Part shown: in pieces, positions 1-15,200 of the stretch
Numbering within the stretch: position 1 is the stretch's first letter
Layout of the letters: the number at the start of each line of letters is the position of its first letter
Source: Amphiscolops sp. MND2022
Taxonomy: Eukaryota
DNA length: 64,000 nucleotides
Direction: 5' to 3'
Assembly (NCBI GenBank): GCA_964187785.1
Contig: OZ076409.1
Span: forward strand, 26,290,001-26,354,000
Translations under genes and position numbers: made by a program
Notes under the pieces: model-generated
Database searches by the model: none
The model's input: only the letters and a program-made list of their open reading frames with translations
Told to the model about the DNA's origin: nothing

Positions 1-294
1 TATGCAGTTCCCTTGTTGAGACTGCAGGAACGGTTTACATGGTGTAGGCCTATATGCAGGGTAAGTTTTTTTATAAAACCCAGAAAATTCAGGTTAGTGC
101 CCTAAATGCAGGAGCGAAGCGACGTGCTCTATGGCCATGCCTTGATTAAAGTCAAAATTTTTTCGCATGAATGTTTCCGTAAGAGTTTTAGTAAATTGTG
201 GTAATCATAGTAAAAATTGTGGCAACAGTAAAGTATATGCAAAAATTCAAGCAGTTTCAACATGGGTTGCCGATTTGTTTGTAGTAATTCTTAC

Positions 295-3200
295 CTGGTA
301 GTCGAGTTTGACTCTCTTCATGTCCTCGTTGAGAATGGCCAGTGACTCGTCTCGTTCGTTTTTGATTCTCTCGATGTCTTCCTTCAAGTTTTCTATTTCT
401 TCCTCTTTGTTCACTTTCAGTTTCTCCATTTCTGTCTGCAATAACACACTTTTTATACTAACAAGACGCCCGCTAAGCACCGGGATATTTTCAGCCTTCA
501 CCAACTGAGCCTTAGTAACTAAAATAGTCAAGTAACTGAAATAGTTAAGTAACTAAAATAGTCAAGTAACTAAAATAGTCAAGTAACTGAAATAGTCAAG
601 TAACTAAAATAGTCAAGTAACTGAAATAGTCAAGTAACTAAAATAGTCAAGTAACTAAAATAGTCAAGTAACTAAAATAGTCATGTGGAGATCGTGGAGA
701 TTTGGCAGAATTTGGAAAAAAAAACAACACAAAATATGATTTTCCTCCCCAATTATATGTGGGCGGTAAATAGCAACACAGAAACCGAGTCTGTTGAGAA
801 TTTTCGATCAAACTCTTGACTTTTTTTACCTTCTTCATGAAAAATCTCAATTGAGATTCCCAATTGAAATCAAATCACTCTCGTCTTATTGGATGTTTTT
901 CTCCATTTTATTGCGCCTGCAAAAATTAATATCGAAGCCCAATTGTTAAAATTCGTCAATCGACCATGGTAGTAGTTATACTTGGCCTCTGCACTTAAAA
1001 CTAGTTGTGCATGAAATTTTGAAAATTAGCTGAAGGGGCTTAGATTTCAAACTTTGGTATAAGAAGCGTTGTCTGGTGTTACCACTACTGACCTGTAACC
1101 TCTTCACATCATGATCTCGCTCTTCCTTGGCTTTGGCGACTTCTCGTTTAGCCTCGCCCAGCTCACCGTTCTTCTCATCCAGAGCAGTTTTCATTGTCTG
1201 CTTCAAATTCTCTATCTCCTCCTAAAACCACACTTCTTTCTCCCCACCAGTCGTCAATGTTGGCAAAAATTTCAAACGTCATTAAAATGAGTTTTGTCTG
1301 CTTTGAATATTCCCATATAATTGATATTTTTCAACACTCGTTTTCTCGTTATCGTCGAATTGTTTACGGATCTAATCGAAAGCAAAGCTTTTGAAAATTT
1401 CAAAAAATACACGCCATTCATCTGTAAAATTTGATTAAATTCAAAAAGATGTTTCCGAAATGAAGTTCCCAAAAACAGCAAACACCTCCTTGATAAAATT
1501 TAGCAATTATTATTTGATCCGTAGACGTAATTCGGGCATTATTGCCACTCAGCCGCATAGGGGCGAAAACGCATTTCTCAACACACATCCATTATGCATT
1601 TTCGTTAAGCCATTCTCAAGACTTAATATTTTCCTAGTTAAATCTCCAAACATTTTCGAACATTCGCCTACAAATGAAGACTTGGGATATCTTTTCACCC
1701 ACGTTATAGGCAAAACGGTTACAGAAGAGTACATTTAATTCATTGACAAATATTGCGAAACAACGCGAGTAGCACAAAAAACTGACCTTAAGCATCTCGA
1801 TTTCTTTGAGCAGCTGGTCGATGAACTTGTCCTTCTCCTGTTTGACCTGTCTCATCTCGTCCTTGACCTCTTTGATTTCGGCGTCCTTGTCCTTCTTGGC
1901 TTGTTCTATCTCTGCGTTCTTCTTCGCCTTGATCTCGATGATCGCTTCCTTCAGAGCAGATATCTCACTGTCTCTTTCCTCTTTGGACCTGTCAACAGTC
2001 TTGCCATTCAAAAACTATCAAATCGAAATTATTGCAGTCCTTATTGTATTTTTAGTCGGCGCTTTTCTAGTGAAAAGAGCCCGACTATTACAGTGGCTAG
2101 TTTTTTTTTCTTTTTTTTTCGTCAGACTTTTCACTCATCGCGTATGTACCACTTTTTGTGAAATGTTCACTTTTGCCAAAAGTACTCAGTACTTGATTTT
2201 GAACGCATCCAAAGGCCTCTACCTTGAAATGCAAAACCCAGAAGGGTCCCCCTTCCAATTTTTCGGCGCTATGAGACTTTCCCCGCCCCTTTTTCGGCTT
2301 TGTGAGACCTTTTTCGAAATTTTTTAAAGTCTTCAAAGGGTCCCCCTTCTATTTTTTTGGTGTTTTGTAACTGAATGGATGTTGAACAAACATAAAGGGC
2401 CCCTTTTACATTTTTCGGCACAATGAGACTGTTAAAAAATCTCATTTTTCGTTTTTTTTGAGAATTTCAATTTTTTTTCGAAATTTTTCAATGTCTCCGA
2501 AGGGTCGTTCCTTCATTTTTTTGATATTTTGCAACAAACTGGATTTTCAAAAAGCTCAAAGAGTCCCCCTTCTACAATTTTAAAAACTTTGCGCTTTTTG
2601 AGCCTTGGATATGGCGCCGACTTTAGACGTTCCCATCTTGTTCTCCATCAAAATACCCGGAAGGAACAATGCCTTCCATGAAAAGAAATGCTCTGGTAAA
2701 TCAATAAGAGGATCACCTAAAATTAGTTTCAATTTGTAGCTTTCTGTAGATATCTTATCTCTCTTGAATGTGTACTTTCAAAAAGGTTAAAGCTCATGGA
2801 TATTGAAACGAGTGAAAAAGTGGCAACCCTAGTTGAGACTGCTGGAACTTTTTACATGCTGCAGGCCTGCATGCAGGGTAATTTTTTATAAAACCTAGAA
2901 AATTCAGTAAGGTTCCGGTCGTAAATCTTGTAGAATTACACTGCATTTTCCATTACTGCAATTAAATTTTAAAATATTTCCCCCTTCTTTTACGGACACG
3001 ATCACGTTGTATTCACACATTGACTTCTCAAGTACTCATCTGATTTAATCACCGCGTCTCAAATAGGACGCTGAAGATGACGCTAGTTTGCTGTTTACAT
3101 TTTGAATGAAGTTAATTTGCAGTAAAATGGCGGCAAAATTGTTAAGGTCTCAACTGCATTTAAAATTAGAACTGATGCATATTGAAACTTGCAGAACTTC

Positions 3201-6200
3201 GCGGCTTGAAATTGCCGCCCAAACTTTGATGATTCTCTAAAGCAGCTTGATAAAAGTTGGTGACAACAGGGAAATATTAACGCATTAAAGTTTCCGTAAG
3301 ATATTTAGAAAATCATAACAAAAGTTGCTGGCAGCATTAAAGTACATGTAAAAAGTTCAAGCATGTTCAACAAGGGAAGTGCTAACTTGAGTGCTTCGTC
3401 CATCATTCTGTCCAACTCGGATCTGAGTTTCTCTACGTCAGCATCTCTGCCTTCCCACACCTGCAAACAAATCAGCAAAATTAGAGACTCCATTTGGATA
3501 TCATCATAGATGCACTATTTTCATCACAAAATAGTGTTATACTTTGAAAAAATTATACCCAGTCACATGAAATACGAAAAAATCGAAAAAGAAAATAAAA
3601 TGAAGGTAAGCTGGAGCAACAATGCACCAAATAATATCAAAAAATTTTTGTATTTTTGTAATCATAAGGCCAAAAAGAAACCTAATTACAAAATAAATGC
3701 ATGACTTTTTGCCAATAAAGTGACCAATATTCTTGAAAATAATGACAAGGTACATGTAGCTTGCAAAGCAGAAACGATTCAATGAAAGAAAGAAAGAGCA
3801 CCTTCTGTAGTTCTTCTTTTAGTCTCTTGATCTCTTTGTCTCTGTCCTCCTTGAGTCGCTCCAACTCGTCGGTGAGTCTCTCCTTCTGGTTCTCCAGTTC
3901 CCTGTTCAGATTATCGTTTTCGCTCTTGAGGTCACTTTCCGTCTTGGCCTTTTCTGCCTTCAGTCTCTGCAGCTGGGTCTCTAGGTCATCCCGGGTCCTG
4001 TCACACTCTTGACGCCATTTGTCAACTTCTTCGTCTTTCGAACGTTGCAACCTGCAATCAAAGGTTCAAATCCTTGGCTCGAAAACAATAAAAACAAGTC
4101 GTCCCTAGTCGAAGTTGCCGAGAAGTTTTACAGGCACCTTCAAAAAATGTCGGCTAATTTTTTATAAATCATGGAAAATTCAGGGACCACGCCTGGAAAA
4201 ATTTTGTAAAATTAACAGGCAACTTAGAAAATGCTGGCAGCGTTTCGAGGTGCTTCTAAAAATGTCCCTGCAACCTATAAAACATTCACGTGAATAGGAT
4301 ACCACGGCGCCACAATGAACACCCAAAATGCGTTTGCTATTTTTGTAGTTCTTTCGTTATACTTTGACCTGATTTTAAAAAACGTAAAAATTGCCACTAT
4401 AATAATAGCGTTTTATTTTTCATAAAGCGCCGACTAAAAATAATTCAGTTGAATTATCTATTTTTGGTTTTTTGTTTGACTTCCGTAAGAAAATTTTTGC
4501 TTTCATCCATAACTGTGAGCTTTGAAAGCTAATGCTAATAAACTGGTTCTTTCGTAGATGAACAGTAGTAACAAATATTCATCAGTTGTCTGAAAAATGC
4601 TGGTTTGAAACGAATTGAAAGGAGCTAATTATATGAATCATTCGAATGGCGGTATTTGTTGATAAGGAATGTTTACCTGCAAAGCTTTCTTACATCAAGC
4701 CAAAAATCAAAAAGATTTTTTGAACCAAAGTTGGGAATTTTCCGAAATTTTGCAATTGAAATAAAAAGTCGATTCTTTTGGTGTTTGCAGAGTTTTGGTT
4801 GTTTGTTTTTAATTAAGGTCCCTCGAATTTATCAGAGACGATTCAAGCGCGCAAAGACAAAATCCTTGTTTTTAAGCGACTATTTTTTGAGGCGCTGATA
4901 CCCGACGAACGACCTAAAATTTACATGGTTTGTCTTGGCCTGCCCTGGCTCTCTAACCGGTTGATCTCATTGGTCAGTCTGTCCATGTCCTTCTCAACCT
5001 GCTCCCTGGTCTTGTCTCTGTCACTCATGACGTCATTCAACTGCTTCCTCAGCACCTCCATCTCGCTGTCTCGCTCCTTCTTCAGCTGCTCTATGTCTCT
5101 GTTGCGCTCTTGCATCAGCCGGTCAAAGTTGCCCTTCATCTTCTCTTGCTCTGGAGAAGTAGACACAAACAGTCATGAAAAGATTATTCATTATCAGTTT
5201 TGGGAAACTTCAGGTAAAAAACTCGCGACAATAGAACTTCTATATGTGATTTAACATCCCAGGTTGACCCTCCATGTATATCTTAGGAATCTTGAAATAT
5301 TGATACATCTTAGTAAGATCTTGATAAGAATCTTGCCATGGGTTTCATGGCCGCCAAGATGAAGTAAAAACTTGGGAAGGTCTTATCATGGCAGTGAAGA
5401 TGCTAGTAAGAGGGTCAACGTGTGATTTGATTTACGAATCGAATAACTAGGTTTAGGTTCACTAGATATAGTTAATTAAATTTTCTAGATAAGCAAGTGC
5501 CGTCTTCTGACATGTAATCTAGGAAGTATTAGTCGCGTAAAGTTTTTTATAATTGAGCTTTCTATAGTCTCTTGATATAATGTGGTTTTCTCAACCATTA
5601 TTGTGCCTTCAAAGGGTATTCATGTTTGTTTTGGATTAGATAGAATAGGCATTTGGCTCCAAAGATCAAAATACAAACCAATTCAGAAATAAATTTAGAA
5701 CTTTTTTCTGGGAGGGAGAGGGTTGTGTTTGGATAAAGAAAACTAGTTGAAAAAACCATGTCACTAAAACCTATATACTTTTGCACTCATTCTGCAATGG
5801 CCTTAAATACTTTAATATTCTTACTAAATGTTTTCCAATTACGTCAACAAAAGCCGCGCACTACCTTTCATCCACTCTTCTTTTTCCCTGGCCTGTTCAG
5901 CACGTGACTTCTCCAGGTCGTGGTCCCTCTCCTTCAACTTCCTCTCGAAGTCTTGCTGGTCTTTCTTCCTGTTCTGCTCACCCTCCTCCCTCTGCTGGGC
6001 CATCATCCGTTGCAAGTCTGAGATCTGGCTGTTCAGCCCCTGCTTGTCCTTCTCTCCCTCTCTTCTCAACTCCTCTAACTTGTCCTTGTAAGCTGCCATT
6101 TGCCTGAAGTTGAAAAACTCTTTTTCATTCGGGCAATGCTGGCTTTAATTTAATTTTTTATCTGCTGCTTGGAATATTGGGTGCGATTAAAATGCTTGAG

Positions 6201-9200
6201 AAAGTAGAATGGTTAATTTGGTTGCTTTCTGCAAGAATTGCAGAAGAGAACTAGAAAATTTTCAGCTATGTTTTTACTAAGATTTGAAGATGCTCAAACG
6301 TTTATGGTTTCTTGAAAGGTTACTTGAACTCACTACTTGAAAGGATTGAACTCAGCCCTAATAGACGAAAACGACGACTGCTTTGAGAAGAATGTTTAAA
6401 TAAATACAAAACCGTGCCCGAAAATTGGAACTTCTGTCAAGTCAAAAATGACCGTGGCTGTAAAATTTTCTTGCAACAGCGTGAGCCAATCTTTTGCCAA
6501 TCGATTGCCTAGCTTAATTTTTGTGTTAATTAATTTTGGTAACAGCTTTTTGAGATTTTTCAGATCATCAAGTTTGCTGATTATTCAATTTTGCAAACAA
6601 AATCCCCAAAAGTTGTAACTGCAAGAATATATTGAAATGTGATTTTCATCTCAAAAAAATTAACAATTTTTCAGGTTTTAGCTTCTTAGGCAAAACCCAA
6701 AATCCAAAAAACGTTGATGAAAATGCGAGTTTTGATCACAACTAACTGGTCATGTTCGGCCTTTGCCCTCTGTATCTGTTCGTCCTTCTCGGCGACATTC
6801 TTGTTCAGTTTGTCCTTCAACTCGCTCATTTCCGCCATTTTGGATTGCAGACTTTCTTCTCCTTCGCTCTTGATCTTCTCCAGCAACTCCTTCATGCTCT
6901 TCATTTCGTACTCCTTGTCCTTCCTCATCTTCTCTAGTTGACGCTCCATGTCCTCTTTCTCCTTCTTGGCCTCGCCTGCAAACATTCACACAAGAGTCAG
7001 TTGAAATGCCGAATTACGAATACGCTGAAATTCTTCTATTAGGCCAAAAATGAATTTGAATAAGTTTTTCATACATCCATCTTCAACAACTTATAACCAC
7101 TAGCTAACAAAAATTAATTGCAAACTTTTCAGTATGTTTCAGTATGTTCTGCAAAAAACACTCAGATGAACCATTCAGACTCGTGAAAAAATTTGCTCAG
7201 CAAAGACATTTAAAAGCAATTAGGGAGAAAAGTTTTATGAGACAAAATTTCTTTCGCGAACTTTCAAAAATATGTGTAGTAAAACTGTGGACCGTTGTTT
7301 TCGTCCGGTTTTGTAGTTGATATAGTGCTGTGGAGTATTCGAAGCTTCAAAAAAAGGAACCGGCAAAAAAACCTTTTGAAAAAATTGAAAAAAAATAGAA
7401 ATTTTCAAATAATTCAAATTATTCATGAATTATTCGTACTTAAGCTAGAAAGTATGAATTTACTGTATTTGCGATTTTAACTCCCTCATTTGCACCTTAG
7501 CGCAAAAAGTATCTCAAAGTGAATTTTTTAGTCAAGTGATGTTTTTGGAGGTTTTCCACTGAATTGGTAGTTCAGAATTGGCTATTTACATCACTTTACA
7601 TTTCAGAATACTTATAAAAGTATACGCTTCAGAGTGAGCAGGAAAAAACTGTGAGCTTTCTGGCTAAAAGCTATTTTGTAGGAGAAAACAATACTGGCGG
7701 ACAAACGACTGTGAGTGAGTAAATTTTGGGAAGGGTTCGATTATTGTGAGTGACGTAACAAGCAACAGCTCACCTTTCATTTTCTCCATCTCCTTTTGTC
7801 TGCTCTCTTCCTTAGTCTTCAACTCCTGCTGTAGTCTCTCCATCTCGTTCTGCATGTTGGCCTTCTGTCTCTCGTTGTCCGAAACCAACTTATCGTAACT
7901 CGCTTTCTGATCTCTGCAACCGACAAGAACAAACAGTGTCGGAACATTGAATAAAATATTTTGTTTTTTTTTCTTTCACGGTATAGTAATCATAGAACCG
8001 CAATTAATTTTAGAAACTTCTTGTGCGCATACAAAATTTGATTTTTCACGTCACAAAAATTTGAAACTTTGACGTTGTGCAGAATATTGAATAATCACGT
8101 TTAAATCTTAAAACCCTACCATGTAATTGAATTATTGTGTGTATGTTGTTTATACGTAAGTATAATACTTATATAAACGACACATATATTGTGTGTGAAT
8201 GATGAAAGCTAAATGAAAAAGACAATTACCTCATGGAGTTGTCGAAATCTTTTCTGTTTCTCTCATTCTCCTCTCTCAATTTTCGAAGACGATCGTCATT
8301 CTCAGCTTGAAGTGCTTCCATTTTCTCTTTGCTCTTCTTGATATCATCTTCCAATGTTTCTCTCATTTTGTCTTTCTCCGCACGTAGTTTCTCTAAATCC
8401 GCCTGTTGTGAAAATGACAATCAGTTTCTGATGTGATCAAAATGTAACAAAAATGTTCATGTCATTGATGATAAGTTGAACCTGAAGAGATTGTTTGTCC
8501 TTGGTAGAGTCCGTTTTAGCCCTTTCTAGTTCATGCTTCAGTTTTTCCAGCTCGTTGTCTTTGGAAGCCTGAAATCAAACACATGCAGCATAAAAATTTT
8601 TTTTAAATCTAACATCTGAAAGATTACAAAGAAAGCCTTTTCAATTCTCGAGGCTTTCGAAATTTGAACTTAATTAAATTAGAAGCGAAATCAGTAGTAA
8701 AATGCATAGTTTTTAAGTTTCTGCATTTTCGAACATGATATTCTGTTCAAAAGTTTTTGGTCTTCTTTATCCGAGTCCAATTCTTTTTTTAAAAAAAATC
8801 AGGGGTTAATGTCATTTAATACTGTATGGTTTCATGAAAACTACAGCTCTTATACAGTAATGAAAATAAATCTGCTTATTATGACTAATAACAAGGCTAA
8901 TCTTAATAATGCTAATCAGAGTAAGGCTAGTTTTCCTGAAAATTAGAGAGTCAAAAAAGTGTGCTCAGAAGTTTCCCTAGAACTTGAAAACATGTCAGCA
9001 AAAGTCCAAGTGTTTTTATCATGTTGCTCATATCATTTTTCTGAAGTCTGATAACGGAAATCTACTTGTTGATGTAACGTCCGGCAGTCGGCGAACAGAA
9101 CGAACTTTGAAAATTTCGTTCAAGATGTCAAAATGTGCGATATCGAAGAATGCACAAGATGGCCGACCTGACAGGTACTAAAAATTAAAAAATTTTACAG

Positions 9201-12200
9201 AAATATCACCCGAAGTTATACGAAATGCTTCATCTACCTAGGTCTTGCTCTTTCAACCAGACTCAGCCCGCATCCCCAGATAGAGCGAAACATCAAAAAC
9301 GTCAGGAAGAATATTGGGGCTTTGAACAAGACAACACCGATAAGAAAATTTGACTTCGATTCAGCCTCTCGTCTGCTCAAATCCGTTTTTATCCCCACTG
9401 GACTTTATGGACTCGACTGCTTTAACCCTAACTGGACTATTGGCGAACTATCCGACCAGTCCTATAAAATTCGCGGTACTTTCTACAAATACTGGGCAAG
9501 CCTCCCTATTTATACGAGTAACCATCATCTGACGGACCTAATTGAGAATTCTGACCCACTGAGTATTAAAACTGCCCCAATCGGTACAAGAAAATTAATC
9601 GGCTTATTATACTCAGACGCTCTTCACAACAAATTATGCTGTACCACCAAATGTTTTCGTCAACCAAAACCCACAGAAAGAGTGCCAAACCCCCCTACCT
9701 GCATCTGCAAACTATGTGGTGACAACTTATCACTGTTACACCCCACCACATGTACAGCTTTTCCCCCGAATACCCCCCCAATGGAAAGAATTAAAACACT
9801 CTGGTTCAACTCGTACAGTTTAATCCCGATGATATAGTTATATGTACTCCTTTTGTCTCCCTTGATGTGATTATAGTTATGTCCTCTGGGTCTTGATGCT
9901 TTTATTTTATTTTATTTAGTTCATCTTTATCTCATTACATAAATTACTCACTGTTTTTTAATCTGTCATTATGACGTAATTTACTGTTTCTCTCTCTCTC
10001 TCAAAAATTAAAAAAGAGGACAAAAGAGAGCAAGAAGACCCCACCCCCCACCCAGGAACGAGAAAGTCCGAGATGTCATCACCCAGAAGGCGTGAGAATG
10101 AGGAATTCTGCCATCTGACAGCAAAAAGACAGGGTTTTGGCAGAAAAGTGCCACATCAGACCATTGTGCCCCGAAGATGAGGAATGATGCCAGAGGCAGG
10201 AAGCCGATGATCGCCACCGAAATGTAACTGTATACTTTATTGGGGCCTATCCCCACCTGTTTTGACTGTTTATAGCGTATTTGGATAATGTTTGACCTAT
10301 TAGGTCCTCATTTTAGTCATTATTCACTCAATATAATGTATTTCAGCTAGACACCTTTTTGGACCTCGGAAGTATGTAGGAGATAGCAGGAACGCATTAG
10401 GAACCTAGGATACGTTTTTACAGGCTTGTGGGGCGTGTCCGGACTTTGAGAGTGCCGGCACGTCGCTTCGGAGCTCTAACTAGAGAAGCCTCCTCAGACG
10501 TTAGAAAAGTCCCCCTTGGAGACCATTTTGGGATCAAAAACTAGTGTCTAGGTATGTAGTAAGACAACGGTCTCCTGTTTAAGCATCCTAGGCATTGTCC
10601 CTCTTCCTAGATGTGCGTCGCTAGCCGGTCGTTACATCTGGAATAGTTTTTATGGCGACCACAGAGGGATATTTTTCATATTGCGTACAGGTAGGAGCAA
10701 CTTCTGCTTTCCGGCCCCGAAGGGTCCAGATCTAGGAAAACATTTTGGAGAGTCCTAGATTATTTTTATTGCCTTAATCAAGCCTTTTAGGCTTTCTTCT
10801 AGCTGAATTCCTGCGTTTCCTGCATGTTTCCGAGGTCTGGAAAGAGAAATAACTGATTTACGGCAAAGTACCGTTTTGACACCGTTTCTGCTTACCGAGA
10901 TTAACCATCCGGCTTAACCGGATTCTGTTTTAAAGGGTTTTGTAGTCTCATTTCAGCTTAGTTGTAATGTATTGGGACTGCAGGGAAGTGATGTGAGCGC
11001 CTCCACTAGCTGTGACGATGGTGCGACGTCCTTCACGACAACACCCTCTTGACCCACTGGTGGACCACTACGAATCGGCTGGGTTACAATATCCTTTTTT
11101 GTTTTTGTGGCTTTAAAAGCCCCTTCCCAAGCGTACTCCCATTAGTAAGAACTGAGAAAAATACCCACTGGGTATTCCGATTGTTTTCTGAAAAAATATA
11201 GCGAGCTAGCCATAACACCCTATATAGCTCTAATTTCGATTTGGTTACTTTTAAAAGTCGAAATTTTTCAGAAGATAGTACGACCAATGGGAATACAATA
11301 AAAACGTTCCATTAGACATATCAGGTCAGGAACAGAAAAATTTGTTTAGCTAAATTGTGAAAAACACCGAAAACTTTAGCGATTTTTGTTTGAAAACGTC
11401 AACTTTGGACTTTGAGACGAAAAAATGGTGAGGGCGAAGCCCTGTTCATTTTTCTCAGAGCATTGCGAGCCACCAAAAATTCTTTTTCCCGAGCCAGATA
11501 TCAGAAAACGTTATCGTCAAGCAGTTTTTTGAGGCCCTCCAACGAAATATTGAATAAGTTACCAGCCAATTTTCATTTTAATACAATAGCCATTTATCGG
11601 TCATCATTAGTTACAAAAGCCAAAATTTTTCAGAAGAGGGTACGGCCAGTGGCAATCCAATAAAAAGGTTCCACTAGACCTATCAGGCTAGGAACAAAAC
11701 TTTTTACCCCGCTAATTTACTTGAAAACAAAAAAATTAGCGATTTTTGTTTGTGAAGACCCAAAATTGGCCTAACAGACCAAACGTGGTGAGGGCGAAGC
11801 CTTGAGCGTTTGTTCCAAAGCTTTCAGAGCTGCTCAAAAACATTGTTCCCGAGCTTGGTGGTACAAAACACTACTGCCAAAACATTTTTTACCCTTCCCC
11901 AATATAAACTGATAGTTTAACCCTTGACTTCCTATTGTTATACATTCTCTGAAAACTTTTTGGGTTCTTCCCTTAAAATTATTTCTAAAATAGACCGTGA
12001 ACGTGGTCAACATGGCGGTCTCTTGATTGCGCAATCGTGCAATACATCTCTGAGAATTATTGATTTTACCATTCCTAGATTTGATTTTGCTATATGTTGC
12101 GCTGTCCTATGTGATAAATTATCCTTCTTTGTGCTCATTTATAATCCGCCAGCTTCTTCGGATTATTCAGTGGACATCTCTTATCTACTGGACTGTGTTC

Positions 12201-15200
12201 AAGCCTACTATACGAAATTCAACTTGATATCGGACAATTTGAATTACGGACCTGATTACACTGTTTACTTTGTTGGCGATTTTAACTTTCCCACCATCGA
12301 TTGGACAAGCTACTACTCTTCTTCGTGCATTGAACGTCGCTTCCTAGAGATGGTAATCGAAAATGATCTTTTCCAGTTGGTCTGTGAACCTACTCATAAA
12401 GATAACAACATCCTTGATCTTGTTCTATCCAACGTTGACAATTTATCAGTTTCTGTGTCTAAACAGCTTTTCTCCGACCATTTTCCAGTTTATTTCTACT
12501 TCAGCTCCATTCCGGTCCCAATTTGTCCCCATATAATGTTTTCAAAGTCCTCTTTCAACGCTATTTTGTTCAATTGGAATTCTCAACAGCTCTTCAACTT
12601 TTTGTCACGAGATAGTTCTTTTAATTTTACCTATCCTGACGATTGGTACAGTCTTCTTGTTGATTCTTTTGTTAATTCAATTAAAATTAAACGTGCTATT
12701 CGAAAAAAACTGCCCCCGTTCTATTCATCACATACTGTTCATCTTACTAACCAAAAAGAGAGTACGTTAAGAAAATTTGAAAACGACGCGTCGTTTCTAT
12801 TGGCTATCAAACTTAGAGATCTCAACACATCTCTCTCCAATTCTATAGAAATGGATAAAGAAATTTTTGTTAATCAGTTTGACCTTTCTTCAACTCGACA
12901 TTGTTTCAAGCTGCTGAGATGTTTAGGATTCAGCTCTTCAGTTCCGTCCGTCATGATTCTTGGCAATGAATCCTTTCACACCGACTTTGATATAGCCTTG
13001 GCTTTCAACAGGTTCTTTGCTTCTGTCTTCAACGAAAATGTTGCCCACTCGGCTCCTCTACAATGTGAAGTGCCTACCATCAAATTAAGTGACCTCTCTT
13101 TATCATTGTCTGATGTCCGATATTTGTTGGAATGTAGTGATGATTCCAATGCAGTGGGTGCTGATGGTATTCCCTCTTTTCTGCTTCACCAGTGTTCAAA
13201 CATATTATGCACACCGGTCTTTGAGCTCTTTAATTGGATTTTGAAAAACCAACATTGGCCAGATATCTGGAAACAAGCTCACGTTACTCCTTTACACAAA
13301 TCTGGTGCACATAATGATATTGCAAACTACCGTCCCATCAGCATCTTGCCTAAACTTTCCTTAATACTAGAAAGGATATTGTTTAATAACATCTACCCTA
13401 AAATAAGGCAACTAATAAAGCTCGAGCAACATGGATTTATGAAATCGCGCAGTACAGTAAGCCAAATGATAATGTACTTGGATGCGGTTTATTCTTCTCG
13501 TGACACCAACTCTTCTGCCGTATCTGTTTATTTGGATATAAGGAAAGCATTCGATTAGGTACCTCACATCAAACTTTTGTCTAAGCTGGCCAATTTTGGA
13601 TTTGACTCGGAATTCCTTCACCTAATTCACTCCTATCTAACCAATCGTTCTCAATGTGTGAAAATAAATCAAACTCTATCTTCTCACCTACCTGTTACTT
13701 CAGGAGTGCCTCAGGGCAGCGTGCTTGGCCCTTTGCTTTTTCTACTGTTTGTTAACGATATTGCCGATAATGTGGAGAACTGTTCTTTTTACCTTTTCGC
13801 CGACGATCTCAAAATTTTCAGCTCTTCTCCCAATTCGCTTGTGCAAGATGACATCAACGCACTGCTTGACTGGAGTAACCTTAACGGTCTCCAATTCCAC
13901 CCAGAAAAATGTAAAGCTCTCAATTTTGGAGGCCATGATGAGTCTGCACAATTTCTGCTTGGGGCCGAATACTTGCCATTTGTCAATCAGATCGAAGGTT
14001 TGGGTTTTATTGTATCCAGCTCTTTATCATGGAAACCTCATGTTGAATCGAAACTTCTTAAATGCAACAGAATATTCGGCTTCCTCAAACGTAGTATTCC
14101 TTTCTCTGTTTCTAGTAGTAGAAAATTCCTTCTTTACAAATCCCTTATCCTGCCTATTTTACTTTACGGTGCCCCTGCATGGTCTCCTTCTTTAACTATG
14201 TTACATCAACTCGAATTGTTTCAGTATAAAGTTCTTCGCTGGATAACTAATTGCTATTCGTATGTTTCAGGCCTTCAATCTCTCAAGATGCTTCCAGTGT
14301 GTTACTGCCTGATCAGAGATGACATCGTTTTTCTTTGGAAACTCTGTAATGGAGCTATCGATGTGCATTGTAGCATCCCTTCTGTTTCCTTGCCAACACG
14401 ATCCTCTTCAATCGGGCTGTTTCAGATTCCTTCTTCGCGCAAAATTTCTACTGATGACAACTTTTTCATCCGATCAACACGTGCTGCTAACGAACTCATA
14501 CGGCTGAAAATCATTTCGTTTGACATGTCCTTGACAACGTTGAAACATTCCCTATCTAAATACCTCTTAGCCAGAACATATGATTTTTACAATTTGAATA
14601 ATTCGTGCTCACATTTTGTCAAATGTTTTTGTTCATTTTGTCGTGCATAAGTCATACATTTGCGTTCACTTTAATCCATTGCTGATGGAATTAAGCCTAT
14701 CTCTCTCTCTCTCTCTACATAGACCTGAGTAGAGGACCCCATAGACCTGAGAGTTATAACATCAAAACTAAAAATTGAAACAATCCCAGTCCCGTGAATA
14801 AAGTTATTACACCTTATTACGTTACGTTTAGAACTATCCCGAACATCTGGGAACCGAGAAATGAAAAGTTGCTAGGGAAAATACGTATTTTTCACATTGT
14901 TCCCAGAGTGTAAAAAGTGCAACTTGAAAAATTTTTGACAGACCCTATTTGGAACCTACCAGGTTTCGCTTGCTTATTTTCTGTTATTATAGAGTGTAAC
15001 GTTACAAACACAGAAAACCGCGAGTGATTCCAAACAGTGGTTGTTGAGAAATAGCTGAAAACGCGTTATTTTTGAGACATTTTGGGAACCGTGTAGTGAT
15101 GCTTCCAGCACAGGTCGAAATCTCTCCGAGTAGGAGCAGTCTCAAACGGATTGCACCATCGTGTAGACCATAAAAAGTTACGTTAGTGGTGTAATTTTCG

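Noticed and set aside
9..4300. Short dispersed repeat (9-95, 2826-2906, related 4104-4300)
   Set aside because: The similarity is real, but the ends and class could not be defined.
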